NCBI GenBank assembly: GCA_030141605.1
Contig: JAQGDQ010000271.1
Span: 186,001 to 250,000 of the forward strand
Reading direction: 5' to 3'
DNA: 64,000 nt
DNA from: Tubiluchus corallicola
Taxonomy: Eukaryota; Animalia; Priapulida
Below, piece after piece: positions 28,628 to 64,000 of this stretch (position 1 is the first letter of the stretch; every line of letters begins with the position of its first letter). The notes below the pieces were generated by a model, which made no database searches, had not been told where the DNA came from, and saw only the letters and a program-made list of their open reading frames with translations. Made by a program: the position numbers and the translations under genes.

Positions 28628-29646
28628 ATTTACGTATTGCTGGGAAAATGTCCAAAAATACTAAAAATCTAGTTTTACAACTCTTATCCAATTTTCTATT
28701 AGAAACTAGTACTGCAATTATAAAAAACTCCTATTTTCAAACACTGATAATAGCTCGTGGAAGCAGCCATTTTGTTTCGGTTGACAAGACCAGATCTTCG
28801 TCAGGAAGAGCCATCTACTGGACTTAAACATAACTTCAATTTCTTCTTGTAAAGTCCACAGCAACCACATTCTCGCGCGGTTGCTAAGTGTTTTGTAGAG
28901 ATGCGACAAAAAACAATGGCTGATTTTAACCACGTTTTTCTCAAGATTAGGTTTTTCAGTACACAGGCTGCACCTCGACTTCAATGTGAATTATCTCAGC
29001 TTGGAAATAACATAGAGTGATGACCCAGGGATGAAAATGACAAATTGCGAGAAACTCTGAAACAGGCCGGGGGTTTGGGGGCCACGTAGGCAGCAACAAA
29101 TTGCAATTTTGTGACCATAGAGAGCCTCTAAGTGGACTTAAAATATCAGTTACCTTGTTTCATGCATAATTTAAAATACCCAACTATCAAGGATACATGA
29201 TACCTAATTGTCTCAAAAACGCCTAAGTACTGGCCGCTCCTATGCAAAAGTATATAAAAACTGTCTGCAATTGACTCAAATAACTCCGCACAATTGATTC
29301 TATATTTTTATACATAGAGATACACACGTGGTTACACTGATGTACGTGATGTAAACAAAGTGACGGCCTGCCAACTAGCGGTCAGTTTGTGAAATAATGT
29401 ACTGGGTCCGTAAAAATTTTCTCAACGAATTTACGCGATTTACAAAAATGGCACTACTGGTCTTCCAAAAACTCGGAATTCTGCGTATCTGCGGAAAATT
29501 CTCATCCCTGCGATGAGCTTGGTATCAAAATGATCCTCATGAAATGGAAATTCAAGAAATATGAATAACTAGAAAAGCTGAATAACCGACTCATGTACGA
29601 TTCTGCTGTGCAAACACGCATATTTCATTACTTAAACTGAAAATAT
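28628..29646 (-). repeat. Inverted duplicate of Cav3 intron 38500-39508
   Basis: Same repeat, same nested MITE at the same site, and the same junction ATTTCATTACTTAAACTGAAAATAT. Confidence 0.85.
29026..29510. mobile_element. MITE family A (inside the inverted duplicate of 38500-39510)
   Basis: TIRs present; degenerate TSD TGATGACC/CGATGAGC. Confidence 0.88.
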
Positions 29647-30955
29647 AACTACACAAGCTGACAAGTTTTACTACAAGATTACATTAGATATTAGTAACAT
29701 TTACAGTAAGAATAGACTATAACTACACAAGCTGACAAGTTTTACTACAAGATTACATTAGACATTAGTAACACTTACAGTAAGAATAGACTATAACTAC
29801 ACAAGCTGACAAGTTTTACTACAAGATTACATTACACATTAGTAACATTTACGGTAAGAATTGACTATAACTACACAAGCTGACAAGTTTTACTACAAGA
29901 TTACATTAGACATTAGTAACATTTACAGTAAGAATAGACTATAACTACACAAGCTGACAATTTTTACTACAAGATTACATTAGACATTAGTAACATTTAC
30001 AGTAAGAATAGACTATAACTACACAAGCTGACAAGTTTTACTACAAGATTACATTAGATATTAGTAACATTTACAGTAAGAATAGACTATAACTACACAA
30101 GCTGACAAGTTTTACTACAAGATTACATTAGACATTAGTAACATTTACAGTAAGAATAGACTATAACTACACAAGCTGACAAGTTTTACTACAAGATTAC
30201 ATTAGACATTAGTAACATTTACAGTAAGAATAGACTATAACTACACAAGCTGACAAGTTTTACTACAAGATTACATTAGATATTAGTAACATTTACAGTA
30301 AGAATAGACTATAACTACACAAGCTGACAAGTTTTACTACAAGATTACATTAGACATTAGTAACATTTACAGTAAGAATAGACTATAACTACACAAGCTG
30401 ACAAGTTTTACTACAAGATTACATTAGACATTAGTAACATTTACAGTAAGAATAGACTATAACTACACAAGCTGACAAGTTTTACTACAAGATTACATTA
30501 GATATTAGTAACATTTACAGTAAGAATAGACCATAACTACACAAGCTGACAAGTTTTACTACAACATTACATTAGATATTAGTAACATTTACAGTAAGAA
30601 TAGACCATAACTACACAAGCTGACAGTTTTACTCCAAGAATACATTAGATATTAGTAACATTTACAGTAAGAATAGACTATAACTACACAAGCTGACAGT
30701 TTTACTACAAGATTACATTAGATATTAGTAACATTTACAGTAAGAATAGACTATAACTACACAAGCTGACAGTTTTACTACAAGATTACATTAGATATTA
30801 GTAACATTTACAGTAAGAATAGACAATAACTACACAAGCTGACAAGTTTTACTACAAGAATACATTAGACATTAGTAACATTTACAGTAAGAATAGACTA
30901 TACTTAGTTTTTAGTATACTAAAGTTTTACTACAGTGATACATTAGACATTAGTA
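29645..30955. repeat. 74-bp tandem array, about 17-18 units
   Basis: ATAACTACACAAGCTGACAAGTTTTACTACAAGATTACATTAGACATTAGTAACATTTACAGTAAGAATAGACT repeated at 29645, 29719, 29793 and onward. Confidence 0.95.
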
Positions 30956-32639
30956 AAAAATGACGGTTAAAAAATATTAATGTACGATTATTTAAGACTG
31001 ATGTATTTCATATCAGATAGAAACTACTGGAAGCGTTTAGTACGTAATATAAAGTCATGTATGTATTGGAATATTTTACAGTTAGCAACATAGTTAAATT
31101 CATCTTTACCGAATAATAACAACTTCAACAGATCATCATTCTGTTGATATAACAGTAGTTGTATATGTAAATTTACACATATTTTCCCATTTAGTTACTA
31201 GTAGTTTCTGATGATTCTGCCTTTATTATATAATTCTTTATTTCTAAAAACTATGTACAGAATACATTCCCTCTACTTGTAGGGATATGTTTAAAATTTC
31301 TAAAAGCATTTACAAAGTATTAAACCTATTCACATATATATATATAATTTAGAATCCAACGCATGAGACACATTGAACGACAACGATCGTATACAATAGA
31401 CATAGTTACAAATTATAATCCAACACAACGTACATACATAATAAACGATAACGAACATATTTTAATACTTAGTAACAAAAATTTACACGCATTATACACA
31501 ATGAAAAACTGCGAGTACAATTATAATAAACATAATTACCAATTCTAATGTGAATTCACATAATCATAAATAAAAACAAAACAGCATATAGAAAACACGA
31601 CGAGAGTTGTAAAATTTCGTCACCAACAGACTGTTTATACACGGGCAAAAGACGATAGGAATTCATGCGAGATAAAATTTGCAAAAGCATTTATAGCATT
31701 ACTATTCTGGCTAGAGAAAACATAGTACGAATCTAACGAAAGCAGAGTGCTAATAAAATCATTTCTTTTGGCTTATATATATATATAAACAAACTATATA
31801 TATACAGTTTGTTTTTTTCAATTTATAATAATTGATTATATACAAGAGGTTGTCTTCATGTACAAAGTAACTTGATAGTGAAATATTGTACTTTGCTCAA
31901 GTGTACCGATTAATATTTGTACAATCCTAGAGAGCATTCGTGTCGCTACCAGTTCACTCTTTGATTCTCATAAATTCCGAACAATAAACCGACTTTTTAG
32001 CTAAAGATTTTAAGATCCTACGCATCACAAAGTGAAAATCAAAATTTTACTTTTATAAACATTGGGAATGTGACTTCGTTAAACGAGGTGAAAATGATCT
32101 AGGTAGGCTAGATTCAATATTAGATTGTGGGCCATTATTGTGTGTTATTGCATCATTGATAAATCTTTAGAGCTCATGTCAACATAGCACAATCTATTAT
32201 CTTTCTTCCTACCATTTCCACTAACACATTCTTCTACCCTTCCTGTGTGATCTAACCTTTCTCCCAGTTCTTTTTTTTGTTCACTCATCCATTCTTTTTT
32301 TATCGGATTCACATGACAGTGGGCTTATACAAGCCTTTGCTTCTCTATCCCACTGCAGTACAATTATTATTTTATGATAACGATAGTGTATGAAACATAA
32401 TAATTAAGTACAGTAGATGTAATAATTTTGATGTCACTGTGTGTTTAATGTTATTATTTTGTACTGAATGTGATAATAATAATAAAAAAAAAACAGTTAC
32501 AATGCAGAATCACTTTTTTCCTTAATCATTACATTATTGCAACTATGCGGTGCCTGTAATATTAAACGAGTTTCTTTACTTCAATATTTATATTGTGTCA
32601 AGTATGTGTTTATTCATAGTACGGTTTGTGCTTTCACAG

Positions 32640-63597
<30,958 letters not shown>

Positions 63598-64000
63598 CAC
63601 CAGGTGGTGGAGTTACCATGTTTAGAAGTTCCTTACATTCAGACAACCAAATCTTATGATTAGCGCTCCCCGCGATTCTTGCAAGATTCTTGCATTTCAA
63701 AGTATCTAAATGACTTATGTATGTTTAGTTAAATGATGCGTAACTCCACACGCTTTCCTACTTAAACTATTGCTAGCTTTTATAAATTACTTACTTTTTA
63801 CTATAGGAGTGCGTATGTTATTAGCAATACATTGTGCGTAGCGTTTTGACCGGTGAACCGAACTGGTTTGCCAAAAGCTGACCAATATGTCAAATTTCTG
63901 TGATCCGTGTATTTATTTGTAACCCAGACATGAGTATTGCTAATTAATAGTATCGGTACTCTTTCCCGAGGCTATAGGAAAGCAATTAATATATCATATG

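Noticed and set aside
29645-30955. 74-bp array as another splice-junction array (contains TTTACAGTAAGA)
   Set aside because: No adjacent exon; the monomer traces to a dispersed transposon-derived repeat.
32180-32485. Third local duplication from a Cav3 intron (matches 42440-42720)
   Set aside because: It looks like a dispersed LINE 3' end with a simple-repeat tail, so independent insertions are the simpler explanation.

Overview
AT-rich, intron-rich invertebrate animal DNA; most ORFs in the supplied track are artefacts of repeats or are single exons. Three spliced genes can be rebuilt by hand with GT-AG junctions and consistent phases. (1) A two-coding-exon WASP-family gene (+, CDS 570-3123) that lacks the CRIB core. 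(2) An EF-hand rhomboid protease with the catalytic Ser and His intact (-, 7 exons from 26112 to 10753; first exon not found). (3) The 3' half of a T-type Cav3 calcium channel (+, II-III linker to C-terminus, 32640-63597; domains I-II not found in the window). Introns are full of hAT-, Tc1/pogo- and piggyBac-type MITEs, RTE LINE fragments, minisatellites and microsatellites. Two patterns stand out. First, three minisatellite arrays are built from the adjacent exon-intron junction itself, giving runs of duplicated splice donors or acceptors (two rhomboid introns and the WASP 5' exon); a fourth array abuts a Cav3 acceptor. Second, an apparently RTE-retrotransposed, TSD-flanked copy of a Cav3 intron plus most of a domain IV exon sits antisense inside an upstream intron of the same gene.
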